NCBI RefSeq assembly: GCF_006345805.1
Contig: NW_021833288.1
Coordinates: forward strand, 1 to 64,000
DNA from: Octopus sinensis
Taxonomy: Eukaryota
Length of the DNA stretch: 64,000 bases
Direction of reading: 5' to 3'
Made by a program: the position numbers and the translations under genes. This document shows positions 1 to 12,735 of the stretch, piece by piece. The notes under the pieces are model-generated. The model was not told the DNA's origin, ran no database searches, and saw only the letters and a list, made by a program, of their open reading frames with translations. Within the stretch, counting starts at the first letter, position 1; every line of letters starts with the position of its first letter.

Positions 1-854
1 GCATATCATCTTGTACCCGTAGTCTATTTCTATATTTTGTTTTTAGAAAATTCAGACACGACATCGCCATTTCACAGTGATAAGTAGTGGGGAATGCAAG
101 TATTGATTCCAATGCAGTTTTACTCAAAATGGGGAATTCTTTCGCCATCTGACACCTAACAATAAAAAGTAATTATTAATGAGAATACCAAAAATCTAAT
201 AATGAAGTACATTTGAAAATAATCTGAGCAGACTGATTACATTGAAGTTCAATCAGCTCTGCTGAAAATTGAGTTCCTGATATTCTTTAAATGAGGTCAA
301 GAAAGGTTGAACGATCCAGTTTGGAATTGGGTCTCAACAGGAAAATAATCATCAAATTTTGTCTTGAGATTTTCCAGATGTTTGATTATCAGACTTAGAA
401 GAACATTATCCGGTGGGTTGTGTCCGAGATGATATTCAAGCATTGGGAACATATGTTATTCCTTTTTTTATTTTCATTATCCACACATAATAACTTTTTT
501 TTAAAAGCCATTATTATTTGATTGACCTCGACAATTGATATATAAGACCTTTAAAATTAATATAAAAATTTTACCCTGCATTGACAAATTAAACTCATTT
601 AAATGTTAAAAAAATCGGCAAGATAATACATTTTCGATTAAAAGTAAAATCATCGAATTGATCGGCCCAATCATGCTGCATATATCACGCAAAAACAAAG
701 AGATCGCAGGAGAAAGTTCACAAATTCTCGAAAGAATTTTCCCCCTTCAATGTTTTTGATTTATACTTAATTGTACAATTAGTTTTAACTTTATTTTTCG
801 AAAATTCCTGGGGACCACTAAAAATTTTCTGGAGACCACGGTTGAGAACCGCTG
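1..854 (-). mobile_element. hAT (Buster/Charlie-type) DNA transposon remnant, runs off the left edge
   Basis: Minus strand gives LLDFW|CQMAKEFPILSKTALESILAFPTTYHCE (hAT C-terminal dimerisation motif). Terminal repeat GGTTGAGAACCGCTG ends at 854. Reading frame is broken. Confidence 0.8.
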
Positions 855-923
855 TTATAGAGTATCAAATAAATTGCTAAAATAGTGATTGTAATCCAAA
901 ACACTTACTAGATAACTTAAGTA

Positions 924-1728
924 CAGTAAACATCGGTTAATTGCATAACATTTGTCCACGGAAAATCTTATGCAATTACCGATATATGCAATTAACCGAT
1001 GTTTTAATAAAAATCAATAATTTTTGTAATAGTCAAGAAAAGAAAATAATCAAAAACGTTTAAAAAAATCATTAATTTTGACTGTCTAGTCTTCTGGCAA
1101 AGGCGTAGGACGCTTTTTTTTAGTTCATAGAAGTTGTCCATAACCATTTCACTTTTTATCACAATTATAAATGTTTTCCGGTGTATAATCTTTTAAAAGA
1201 TCTTTTAATGTCCATTGGCACCAGTATTCAGCAGCATTTATATCGGAATCTTTTTTCTCCCCATAAATGCGTTTAAATGATATGGTTCTTTCTTTCCAAC
1301 GCTGAAGCCAACCTGAAGTAGGAATAAAGTCATCCATTTTCATTGTTTTAGCAAAGCTAGTAGCTTTGTGGGGTAGTATGTTACCATTTATAGAGCTGAT
1401 TGAGTTTGACCTCCTTGAATAAACAAATTGATTATTTCCAATTTTTGAGAAAGTGTAAGATCACGACGTAACGAAGATGACATGTGTAATAATAATTAAA
1501 TTTTAAAATTACAAATTATAATTATGCAATTATGCGAAAATTTTTATAAGAAAAAATAGTAAATGTTCCCAATGAGAGTATGCAATTAACCGATTTATGC
1601 AATTAACCGATATGCAATTAGCCGATATTTTTCCAATGGAAACCATATAAGTTATGGTTTTAAACATGAATTTATGCCATTAACCGATTTATGCAATTAA
1701 CCGATATGCAATTAACCGATGTTTACTG
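924..1728 (-). mobile_element. pogo/Tigger-like non-autonomous DNA transposon
   Basis: 24-bp TIRs CAGTAAACATCGGTTAATTGCATA / TATGCAATTAACCGATGTTTACTG, TA on both sides (922-923, 1729-1730). Internal CENP-B-type fragment GWLQRWKER...ENIYNCD (ORF 1149-1343). Subterminal copies of TATGCAATTAACCGAT. Confidence 0.9.
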
Positions 1729-1769
1729 TACTCCAAATGTTCAAAATCGAGACATAACATAACATTTCC

Positions 1770-3540
1770 CAATAGGAACACGAAAGACAGAACAAGTAAC
1801 GTTACGTGATCCCGACACGTACTAGGAGACTCCTCATTTTGGCCCGATTTTCGACACGAGTACTCACGCAAGCGCGTAGTGGTCGTATGGGCTTTGTCTT
1901 CATCGGATCGTCCATATAGCATCAAGAGGTCCTCTATGCTCGTAGGAATCGAAGACTTGCCTTTTGCCCAACACTCCATGAGTGCTTGAGCTCTTTTCAG
2001 GCCCGCCTCAATTTTCTGTTTATTGGACCAGGAAATAGAGTTGCCCCATACCGTGCATGCATACGTAAAAAAGGCACCATGTACTGGTTGTATAGACATC
2101 CAAGTACTGAGTGCTTTCCAAACTTCCAAAGTCCAGAGAGACACTTCAATACGTCGGTCTTCCTTTTGCATTTTGTTAAGAAGTTGTCCGCGTGTAGAGA
2201 GAAGCACATGTGCGCATCAAAAGTAACTGCTAAGATCTTCTGAGTTTGGCAAAACGGAATTTTGTTGTTGTCCAGGGTTAGAAACAATGACTTCTTCACA
2301 AATCTTTTATCTGAGGTGAAAAGCAAAGTCGCTGACATTTCTGAGCAAGTTGATAGGCAATTAGCAGTGATCTAGATATGTAATATATTCAGTTTTGTTG
2401 TAGTCTTGATTAAGCAGCCAAATGCAATGACGATGCCGTCAGGGTAGGAAATCAAAATATCATTTTCGTTAACTGGTAGAGGCAGGTCAACGTGAAAAGA
2501 TTGAACAAAGCGGTGAGAGCGGGGAACCTCGCAGAACCCCGTTCGATTGTCAAATGCAAACACAGCCTCTCCAACCATCAAAAAAGTTTGATATCCACAG
2601 TTTAAAATTGGCTCGGATTTTTAAAATAAATATCTTTTGGATAAGAATTTTTCTCGACACCGAATCGAAGGCTTTTTTTAGGTCAACAGTACAGAGAACG
2701 GTCTTTTAGTGACCGGGCTTTTGTAAGAATCATTACTGAATGAAGCTAGTCAAAGTGGAAAGGTATATCAGAGTAGATCTTCTTTCTTTAAATCCGTGTT
2801 CCAAGGGCTTGTCAGGGAGATAGTCCCTGATCTCCCAGAGAACAAGTTTTTCCAACACCTTCGAAATGGAGCTACGTAGGGAAACTGGTCTGTAGGAGTT
2901 CGGTTCCTTTTTCGGTTTTCCCGCTTTGAGGATTGGGCTTAGATGAGCCATTTTTTACAGAGAAGAAATACATTTTTTGTTATAGAATGATTGTAAATTT
3001 TGGACAGTGTAGGAATATCATGGTTTCCGACGTTCTTTAAAAGAATCATTGGGATTTCATCAGGTCCGAGTTGAAAGTGTTGACTTGATTGCCTTTAATC
3101 CTTTCAACACATCATTGTCTGTAAGTATTTGGTTTCCGCGCCCCATTTTTTGTTACGGAGAATGTAATAATTTCTGTAGAATCATCACTTCCCAGTAATT
3201 TTGTGGATTCAGGAAGATGTCGGTGCATTTGAGGTTCTTTTTTTACACGGTGATGATCCCACCTCCTTTTTTTATCGCACGGTTAGCTCGTATGAAACTA
3301 TATCCCCGAGAATACGGGAGTTGGAGAGTTTCCAAGGAGTTTCGATTCATGTATAATTGCCACATCGATATTCAGATCAGCAAGCAGAGAACGGAATTCC
3401 AAGATTTTCCTTCTGACAGCGTTGATGTGTAGTTCAAGTATTGTTATCTGTTTCTTGCAATTCAATTTAGCCATTGATGAAGGGTTCCCGATGTATTGCC
3501 GGCGAGCGGAGATGTCCTCTGGGGGAGATTTACTGATGGG
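1770..3540 (-). mobile_element. Degenerate non-LTR retrotransposon (RT) remnant
   Basis: PILKAGKPKKEPNSYRPVSL...SKVLEKL...HGFKERRST (2733-2951) plus RT thumb-like fragments (1997-2581); many frameshifts. Boundaries approximate. Confidence 0.8.
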
Positions 3541-3649
3541 CCTTTAAATATAAATACTTTTTAGTTTACATTATTATGAGATATTAATTACTATAAATTT
3601 ATTTCAACTCAATACCTTTTTCATAAAAAAGATCTCTCTTATCGCCTCA

Positions 3650-3990
3650 GTGCCGGCAGGATCCCAAGACACGCCTCATTAAATGATTCCCCAGAAGCGC
3701 CCGTTCAGGGAGGGACTGACCTTCGTGTTGATGTTACCTGCCCAGACTCATTTTCCTCATCATCGCTGATCGACTCTGCTTCCCGTCCTGGATCTGCCTT
3801 TGCCAAATCTAGGAAAACTGCAAAATATGCCCTGTTGACCACTGTTTCATCCCCCTGGCTTTCGAGACCAGTGAGATAACTACTCTCAAAAATTGGTTCA
3901 GCCATTTCTAGAAGGAGTCACGACGGTTGTGAAACGACCTGGCTTTTTCAACAGATATCGTTCGCGATATTGGTTAGGAATTGCCTGTCC
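3650..3990 (+). mobile_element. 3' fragment of a CRE-like (restriction-like endonuclease) non-LTR retrotransposon
   Basis: Broken + frames give DVTCPDSF...RKTAKY...FIPLAFET...LLSKIG...ETTWLFQQISFAILVRNCLSI, colinear with the C-terminus of the 46238-47914 ORF (WDATCSDTF...RKKDKY...FVPVSVET...LFERVSIAVLRGNSFSI). Confidence 0.7.
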
Positions 3991-4534
3991 ATTCGCTAGA
4001 TGACTGATTTAAATTAGCAAACAGTTCTTTCATACCCCGTTTAAATAAATTAAGTCAAAATAGATCTTTCTCTTAAAAAAACTAGGAAAATGTTAAAGCC
4101 GACTATTGTTGCTATTTAATACCTAGAAATAGCTGAATTCCTAAATTTACTAAACTGTAGCTAATAACTAATATAGTGACTACAGTATACCGGTAAATAC
4201 CCAACAAATACACATTAATATTATTGGTTAAGTTCGTTTATGATGACATGGGATTGACTAGGCACCAAATACACGAGGGTTGCTTAAAGCATGCAGGGTA
4301 TAGATAGTTCTCAAAGTGCTTATATGCAGTCAAATTTTCTTAAGAGGACTCTAGAGACTGTCTCGTTTGATTTTTGCTGATCCAGTTTTTTCTAAGCAAT
4401 TTCGTGTAGTTCATTCTTAATTAAGAATTAATTAAAACCACGTTAGATTAATACATATAAATTATTTGCTATGTTTTATATTAAAAATCTCAAAAATATT
4501 TTTTATCTATTTAAAAATTTGCCGATACTAAGAA

Positions 4535-7500
4535 ATGAATGTTTGTGAGGAATCTGATAAAATTAAGGAATTTTTTGAATATCATGAAAATATAAACCAA
4601 ATAAGAACCGTATTTAATGTTTCATATCTTCATAGGTTTTAGTAGCTACCAACGGCCTCTCAGCGGTCAAAGGGATTCGTTCGATCCGTGACTGGAGTTT
4701 GAGTGTATTTAATGACAGAAATGCTATTAAACTTATTATTCTAACCACAGAAGATGAAATTGCATCAAACTATGGTAATGACTGAAATTCTATTTCACAG
4801 AACATGTGCGTATGGCTGATGATTGCGTAGTCATTCAAGGCCCTGTTTGGGCCAGTGTGGATCTTATTGTGAAGTATGCATTGCTAAAGAAAGTCGATGT
4901 AATAAATATTTATCAGATTTTTGATTTAGGCTGTATTTGCTGGTTGGGGACGTGTTTCTGAAAATCCATTACTACCATTAAAATTGCAGCGAAATGGAAT
5001 TATATTTATTGGTTTTCAGTTTTAAATATAAATAGGCCCTTCATTTTCCACCATGAAACTTGTTGGGGACAAAATAAGTTCAACGATTCTCGCCCAATCC
5101 TTGGATATACCAACCCTTCCTTGGAGCGGAAGCGGTTGGTAGTTTCATTTGATATTTTTATAGGCATTATTGTTGAAGAGTTTAAAGATATTTTTTCTTC
5201 GGATATCTATAATTGTGCCACTGTTAATTATTCTGATTTTGAAATTATTCGAGCTGTGGGGTTTCCACTGGTGGTTAAAGCTTCTGAAGGCGGGGGAGGT
5301 AAAGGAATACGTATCGCTTATAAAGAAATCGACTATGCTGATGCCTTTAAGCAAGTTTCTCTCGAATGTCCGGGCTCTCCTATTTTTCTTATGCGGCTTG
5401 CTGATGCCGCACGTCATATAGAAGTACAATTAGCAGGCGACACACACGGGAATGTAATATCTCTTTATGGAAGGGACTGTTCTATTCAATTTCGTCATCA
5501 GAAAATACTGGAAGAAGCACCTCCGTCGGTTGTTCCTCCTCAAATAATGAGACAAATGGAAGAGGTTGAATAGATTAATCTATTTTTAGATGTCAATTAA
5601 ATTATGGAAGGCATCTAAATATCATGGAGTTGGAACTGTGGAGTTTCTTTATAATTGTACTAAGGAAGAATTTTTCTTTCTTGAAATAAACCCCCGGTTA
5701 CAAGTGGAGCATCCATGCACTGAATGTATAACTGGAGTTAATATTCCGGCACTGCAACTCCAGGTATATTTGTTATAAAACATAACAAGATTGCAATGGG
5801 GCTAAAACTCTCTGAAATTTCAGATATAATTAAATTCTACGGAAATCTTGAGGGACCAATAGATTTGGATAATCTTGACAGTAGAGTTAAACCCATTGGA
5901 CATGTAATTAGTGCAAGGATTCGAGCTGGCGACATTAATGGGGTGAATCTAGGATTTCAAATTTTTTAGGGTTTTAAGCCATCAACAGGAAAACTGCACA
6001 AATACAACTTTCATAGCTGGCATAATGTATGGGCGTATTTTGGAGTATCTTCCCCATCAAGTGTCGATCCTTGGGCCGATGCTCAGATTGGGCATATATT
6101 TGCAAGTGGATATTGTCGTGAAGATGCTAGAAAGTATATTCATGTTTTTTATCGAATAGAAGACTGTTTTCTGCTCTGAAAGAACTGTTTTTATTTTCAG
6201 AACTTAGTACCTTTAATGAAAGTCTAATAGACTTTATTACTACTCGAGAATTTATTGAAAATGACATTGATACTTGTTTATTTGAAAAGAAAGGGGTTTT
6301 TAATTACACCTACAAACAACTGTTATTCTGCACTTTGTACAGCTGTTTTACTTGCAGACAGAGCTCTTCGGCGAAATATGGAAAACTACATTGCTTCCTT
6401 GAAAAAGTGTTTTTTTGTTTTAAATAAATTAGAGGCCAAGTTTTGTCTGCGGACAATCTTTGCAATGTTTTTAATACAACATTTATTTCACATATATCTC
6501 AGCAATCAATCAAATTTGAATTTGAGGTGGCTCGTATTAGTCAGAACTGTTTTTCTGTAATTCTCAACAAATCAATGATAAATGTGAATATCCACCGATT
6601 GGCTGATGGTGCTCTTATGGTGGCTTTGGCTCATTCCACACACATTGCGTATCTCGATGATTCAAAAGGGAAGTCATACAGAGTGACCGTTGATGGGCGG
6701 ACAATTGAATTTAGTGAACATAGTGATATTAATACTCTCAGGTAATTTTTATTTTACTACTTAGATCTCCATGTTCTGGTCGATTCATATCATTTATTGT
6801 CGAAGACGGTTCATTCATCAACGCCAGGCAGGCTTATGCTCAAATCGAAGCATTAAAGATGATTGTTTATTTACGCAGTGATCACAGTGGCTGGTCTAAT
6901 TATATTAGAACTATATTTTGCAGGATATCTCACGCTTGCTCCCAAAACAGTGTTTTAATAAATGGAACTATTATTGCCAATTTCAAGGCAGAAGACAAAG
7001 GGCTTAACTATAGCATGATTGATTGGAAATACGGTTTTCTTGATCTTAAAGGCGTTTCTACGGAAGGAGATCTGGTAGAGAAGTATATGAAGACTTGTAC
7101 TACAATTGAAATGATTCTCGAGGGCTTTTCAGTACCGAAATATTTTTTCAAGTCTACGGTTGAATCCGTACTTGATAATCTAATGGAATGCGCTCTCGAT
7201 CCTCGCTTGCCTCTTGAAGAAATAAAAGTAATGAACCTAAAGGTCATTTCATAGCGTGAAATTATGGCAGTTGACTGGCTCCTTCCTCCTAATCTGTACT
7301 CGTCAATTATGTACCAGCTTGAAATGTATAATGAAAATGTTACTTCACTAATAGTGCAATTTCCAGCCCAGCAGGTGTTGATTTTTAAATAATCTGATAG
7401 ATTGGTGATATTATTGACAATTACATCAAAGAACTTCCTGAAGATGACATCATTTCTCGGAGAAATGTGAACGGGATTTGTTTGGTTCTTGATCGGTTTT

Positions 7501-10500
7501 TGAACTGTTTGCTTATGTGTATAGTTATAAAAATGGAATCGGGGAACATTTCAAGTCGACAATATCAGGTTTTATTGAACAGTATTTAAAAACTGAAATT
7601 CATTTCCAAGAAAGTATTTTGTCTTAAAAATTTAGTTTAGATCAATATGACACATGTGTGTCTAAATTAAATGAGTTTTATAAAAACAGAGCCGATTTAG
7701 TGGCGGCAAATATATTTTCACATTGGAACGTGAAAAGCAAGAATGAACTGATGATAATTTTAATTGTTTTATTAGTCAAATAATTATTAGAATCGAATTT
7801 TTAAATACGACGTAGACATAATCCTTGATATTCAACAGACTCTCACAAAACTAACTACTCTTACCAGCCCAGCCAACTCGCCAGTGGCATTAAGAGCTCG
7901 GCAGGTTTTTTTTAATTTTGTCTATTTTGAAGTTACTTCTTGCAGCATCACTACCGTCATTGCAAACTAGAGTTAACCAAGTTGAGTCTTTCCTTCTTTC
8001 TGCTGTCAAATATGAAGATGAACGGTGCAAGGAACAATTGAAACTTTTAATAACATCTGAGACTTCGATTAACGACGTTCTCATAAATTTTTTCTTCCAT
8101 TCCGATCCTAAAATATGTAGGGCTGCTTCTGAGGTAGATTTATTTTTTAAATTCAGGTTTATGTACGACGAGCATACGCTTCTATACTAAAATTGGAACA
8201 TAGTTATATATCATCAGAACGTCCTATTCTAACTTTCTTTTATTCAATAGAATGGTATTGAAATATTCTTATTGACTTTTAGTCGAGAAAGTTCGAATAC
8301 GTGTGGGCATTTGGTGGCGTATCACTGTATAGAGGAACTTGAAAAGTAATTTAGTTTTATAAATTTCAGAGAATTTAAATTTCTTTTAATTTTTGTTAAA
8401 AAACGCTCAAAATTTCCTGCTTTCGGTAACGAAGGAAATAGAAAAAGAGTTCCATCCACTCTTATAATTGTTCTCAACTCCCCCGGATCTCCTCGCCTGT
8501 ATCAATTATGCCAAAATTTTGTTTATTATTTTTTCACATTTCTAGAAATTGGTAATAAAAAATATTATTAGAATTACATTCATTCTTCTTCCACAGAAGA
8601 ATGAGACATCCTATATTACTTTCCAATCTTCCCTTGACTTTGAAGAAGACACTCTATTGCGTAATCTTGACCCTGCTTTAGCGGATTTATTGGAAATTGA
8701 TCGTCTGGCAAATTATAATGTTGAAGCCATCAGTCAAAGACATCAAATGTATCTATACTTGGGAACTGTAAATATTACATTGAATTAATTTTGATAGGAA
8801 AAGGACTCTCCTGATTGCTGTAGATTCTTTTTGAGAGTTATTGTGGGTAATCACGGCCTTGTGACAACAGTAATTAATTATTCACATCTATAGGGAGCTT
8901 CTGCTGAATATTTGCGCCGTGAAGGAGAAACTGCACTTTATGAAGCAATTTCCGTTATTGAACATGGATTCACACATGAAATGGTGATATCTGTCAAATT
9001 TTATTTTTAGGCCAGTCGAACAGAGCTAAATCACATTTTTTTCAATTTTGTGCCCACGTTTACTGTTGACAATCCAAAAACAGTTTATAGTCTTTTATGT
9101 CATTCTTTAGTTGCGTAGAGTAATTCTTGCTATGATTTGGAAACAGTTTCCCCGCCTTAGTACTTTACGCATTGCTGTTGGAGAGATTAGACTCAAAGTC
9201 GAGTTTATTTTTTATTTCCAATATTTTTAAAGTTTTGGAGGACCTTCGGTATGTCCTGTCCGTATTTTCGTTTCAAATATAACAGGATTTATGTTGGATT
9301 TCTCAATGTACAGAGAAGAAATTGAGGATTGCAGGGTGCCTTCAATTTGCTATAAATTTTAGATTATTCTTCGTGCTTTTGACAAAGAATCTTCTATTCT
9401 GGATGGAAAACCTGTCAATATGGCTCATTTTTTTACAAGCGACAAACGTCGTTTTTTGGCACATAGAATTGGTGCTCTTTATGTCCACGATTGTCCTTTG
9501 CTTTTTCGTAAAACTCTTACACAATTATGGATTCCTTATTTGGATAAGATCTCCGAAAAGAATAACATTAAGAATTTTTTTTCATATCAAGAAATTGATA
9601 ACGGTGGCGAAGGAGTTGGGATTGTGGCTTGGAGGATGATGATATCTACTCCTGAGTATCCCAATGGAAGAGAATTGATTGTCGTTGCTAACGATATGAC
9701 AGTGAAACAAGGCTCTTTCTCTACAAAAGAAGATTTGTTTTTTACTGTCTGCTATTTTATTTGAAGTTTATAGAAAGTAATTAAACTCGCTTGTGAATTG
9801 GGAATTCCGTTAATTTATTTGGCAATGAATTCAGGAGCAAGAATTGGTTTAGCCGAAGAAATTAGAAATTCTCTTAAAATTGAGTGGAATTGTCCTGGTA
9901 GACCCGAAAAAGTTTTTTAGTTTTTGTTTATTAATAGGGATTTCAATATATGTATTTGTCAGAATCTGACTATCGAAATCTTCAGGAGCATGTAGTAGCA
10001 AATCCTTTGAAGGCTGAGGATGGCAGTATTCATTATGTAGTCAGTGACATAATCGGTATTTTATTTTTGCTTACTTTTAGGACAGGAAACTGGACTTGGA
10101 GTAGATAATTTGAGTGGATCTGCAATGATAGCATCTGCCATGTCTCAGGCTTATAATAAGATTGTTACAATAAGTCTGGTAAGCTGATTAGTTGTAAGGT
10201 CGTAGGTGATGTGCCGGACTGTTGGAATTGGAGCGTATTTGGCGAGATTAAGTCGGAGGATAATTCAAGTGGAGAATTCGAGTATAATTCTCACTGGAGC
10301 CGGTGCACTCAACCAGGTTTTTCTAATAATAAAAATAACATAGGTTCTTGGAAGGGATGTTTACAGTAGCAATAACCAACTAGGGGGAGTTCAAATTATG
10401 CACAAAAATGGAATTGCTCGGGATATTGTCACCAATGTCCAAAGTGGGATAGCCAGAATATTTAAACTGCTTTCATTTACTCCTGATGTATTTTATACCT

Positions 10501-11798
10501 TTTTACTTAAGGTAATTGGTCGTTCTCTTCCTATTCTGGACATTAATGATCCATGTGATCGTCTAGTTGAATATATTCCATGTTCTCAGCAGCCAAACAC
10601 TCGTTTAATGTTTACTGGGGGGGAAACCCCTAATGGCTGGGCATCGGGTTTTTTTGATGAAGATTCTTTCATTGAATCAATGGAAGAGTATGGAAAGACA
10701 GTCATTTCTGGGAGAGCTAGGTTATTTTTGATTTTTTATTTTAGACTTGGGGGAATTCCTGTGGGCGTTATTGGTGCTGAGACAGAGACAGTTCAGCTTC
10801 GCATTCCTGCTGATCCTGCCAATCCTAATTCTGAAGAACAAGTCATTCCTCAAGCAGGACAGATTCTTTTTCCAGATTCATCCTTCAAAATGGCAGAAGC
10901 CATCAGTGATTTTAACCGTGAGCAACTTCCTCTTTTTATTTTTCCGAATTGGCGTGGATTTTCTGGTGGAATGATGGGCAAGTTTTAATGTTATTATTTC
11001 AGACATGTATCATGAAGTTCTAAAGTTTGGAGCTTATATTGTTGATGAGTTATCTGTCTATCAACAATGTGTGTTTGTTTATATTCCTTTCCAAAGCGAA
11101 CTACGCGGAGGAGCCTGGGTTGTTGTCGATTCTGCCATTAACCCATCCCAAATGGAAATGTACGCAGATGAAACTGCAAGGTCTGTTTTTAAAACTATCT
11201 TAGGGGCGGAATATTGGAACCTGAAGGAATAGTTCAAATAAAATTTCGAAAAGCTGAACTTTTGCGTTGGATAAAATTATCTGAAAATAATGTTGACGAA
11301 TCTCATCTCTCTCATTACAAACGTGCTGCTACTTATTTTGCTTCTTTGCACGACACTCCTGCTAGAATGAAACGTTTCGGAGTTATCAAGGTTTTCAAGT
11401 TTTCTTATTTTTCAGGAAATAGTTAATTGGCGTGATAGTCGGCGATTCTTTTATTGGAGATTGAAGAGACGTATATCTACTTCATCAATTTTGAAAAAAC
11501 ATTCAAATCTTACACCTGATATTCTTGAAGAGCTTTTTATTAAAGATGGAAACTCAAAAGACCACTTCAGTGATGATAAACTTGTGGCAGTTTGGCTGGA
11601 ACGACAACTGAGAGATGATTCGTTTGTTTCTACTAATGTTACATTGCTGAATAAAGATTTTCAAGATGAATTAATTGAGTATTAAATTCCATTATAATAT
11701 TTTTTAGAAAATTTGAAAACCACTTTTTATTTGAAGATAAATTAAAACTTTTTTTAATTCTCTATCTTCTGAAACACTCGACAAAATTCGCCAATTAA
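4535..11798 (+). CDS. ACACA: Acetyl-CoA carboxylase (multi-domain BC-BCCP-CT), ~39 mini-introns
   Basis: [38 protein letters not shown] (BC); IEALKM (biotin carrier); [33 protein letters not shown] (CT). ATG at 4535. Stop at 11798 if the 11679-11707 intron is spliced, otherwise 11685. Confidence 0.95.
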
Positions 11799-12735
11799 TA
11801 TAGTTTTGTTGATTTTTTCCTTTTAATATATAAACTAGTTTATGAATTTTTAGATACTTTTAGAAAATTATTCAGCCCAACATTAGTTAAATCAACATTG
11901 AAATGTTCATATTTTTCGTTTATTTTTTATACCCGTTAGTTTTTCACGAATAATTTTTACAGTCGGAATTACGTATAGTCTTACTTCCTAAATAATTCGT
12001 TAAGGTTTTAAATTATATGAAGAGCTTCTTTCTAAAAGAAATAACTTTTTAAAAATAATTATTGTAACAACTTATCTAGTTTAGTTAATATCCGATTTAC
12101 AGCTATTCAAAAACATTTCAAACTTTATTATTATAGTGGACCAATTAAATAGACACCTTTTAATAACCAAATTTAACTAGTATTTACGACCCAACTCATA
12201 AGTCAAAAATAACTGTTAAATAGTTACTAAGAGGCAGAATAAATGTTTTGAAATGTCCCAGACAATCACTAGACTGCAATTCAATTCAATCTAACATTTA
12301 TGGTAAATTTTTAAAATTCAAGTTCGTTTTATTAAACCGAAAAAGTCAATTTGAATGTCAGAAGTTTATCCTTTTCAAAAATGATTGGAAGCAGTACTAT
12401 TAGCAAAAGGAAATGCAAATAAATATTGAATTGATTTCTTTCCATAACTTTTTCCTTCAATAAATCTATTTTCACATAAAAATCGCCAATAATTTTAGTA
12501 CAAATAGCTCAAGTTAGTATAGTTTTGTAACAATTAATCCAAAATGTCTTATATTTCTGATTTCTTTTTTAAACTACAGTATTTAATATTATTTTTGAAG
12601 AATTATTTAATTTAGTCAAAATATGCAAACATTCTATGGCTTTTTTAGCCACTGTATAACTTTGACTGTATCTATATATACTCCTTTGATTTTATAAAAA
12701 CATATATGATAATATTAAAAAATAGAATATGAATA

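Noticed and set aside
1578-1728. Repeated TATGCAATTAACCGAT units resembling a CRISPR-like array
   Set aside because: They are subterminal copies of the pogo TIR motif, with no unique regular spacers or cas genes, in a eukaryotic context. The same applies to the TCTCGAATCCGC repeats at 51843-51953.
4240-4380. Possible box C/D snoRNA (ATGATGA...CTGA)
   Set aside because: No terminal stem and no recognisable rRNA guide; both motifs arise easily by chance.
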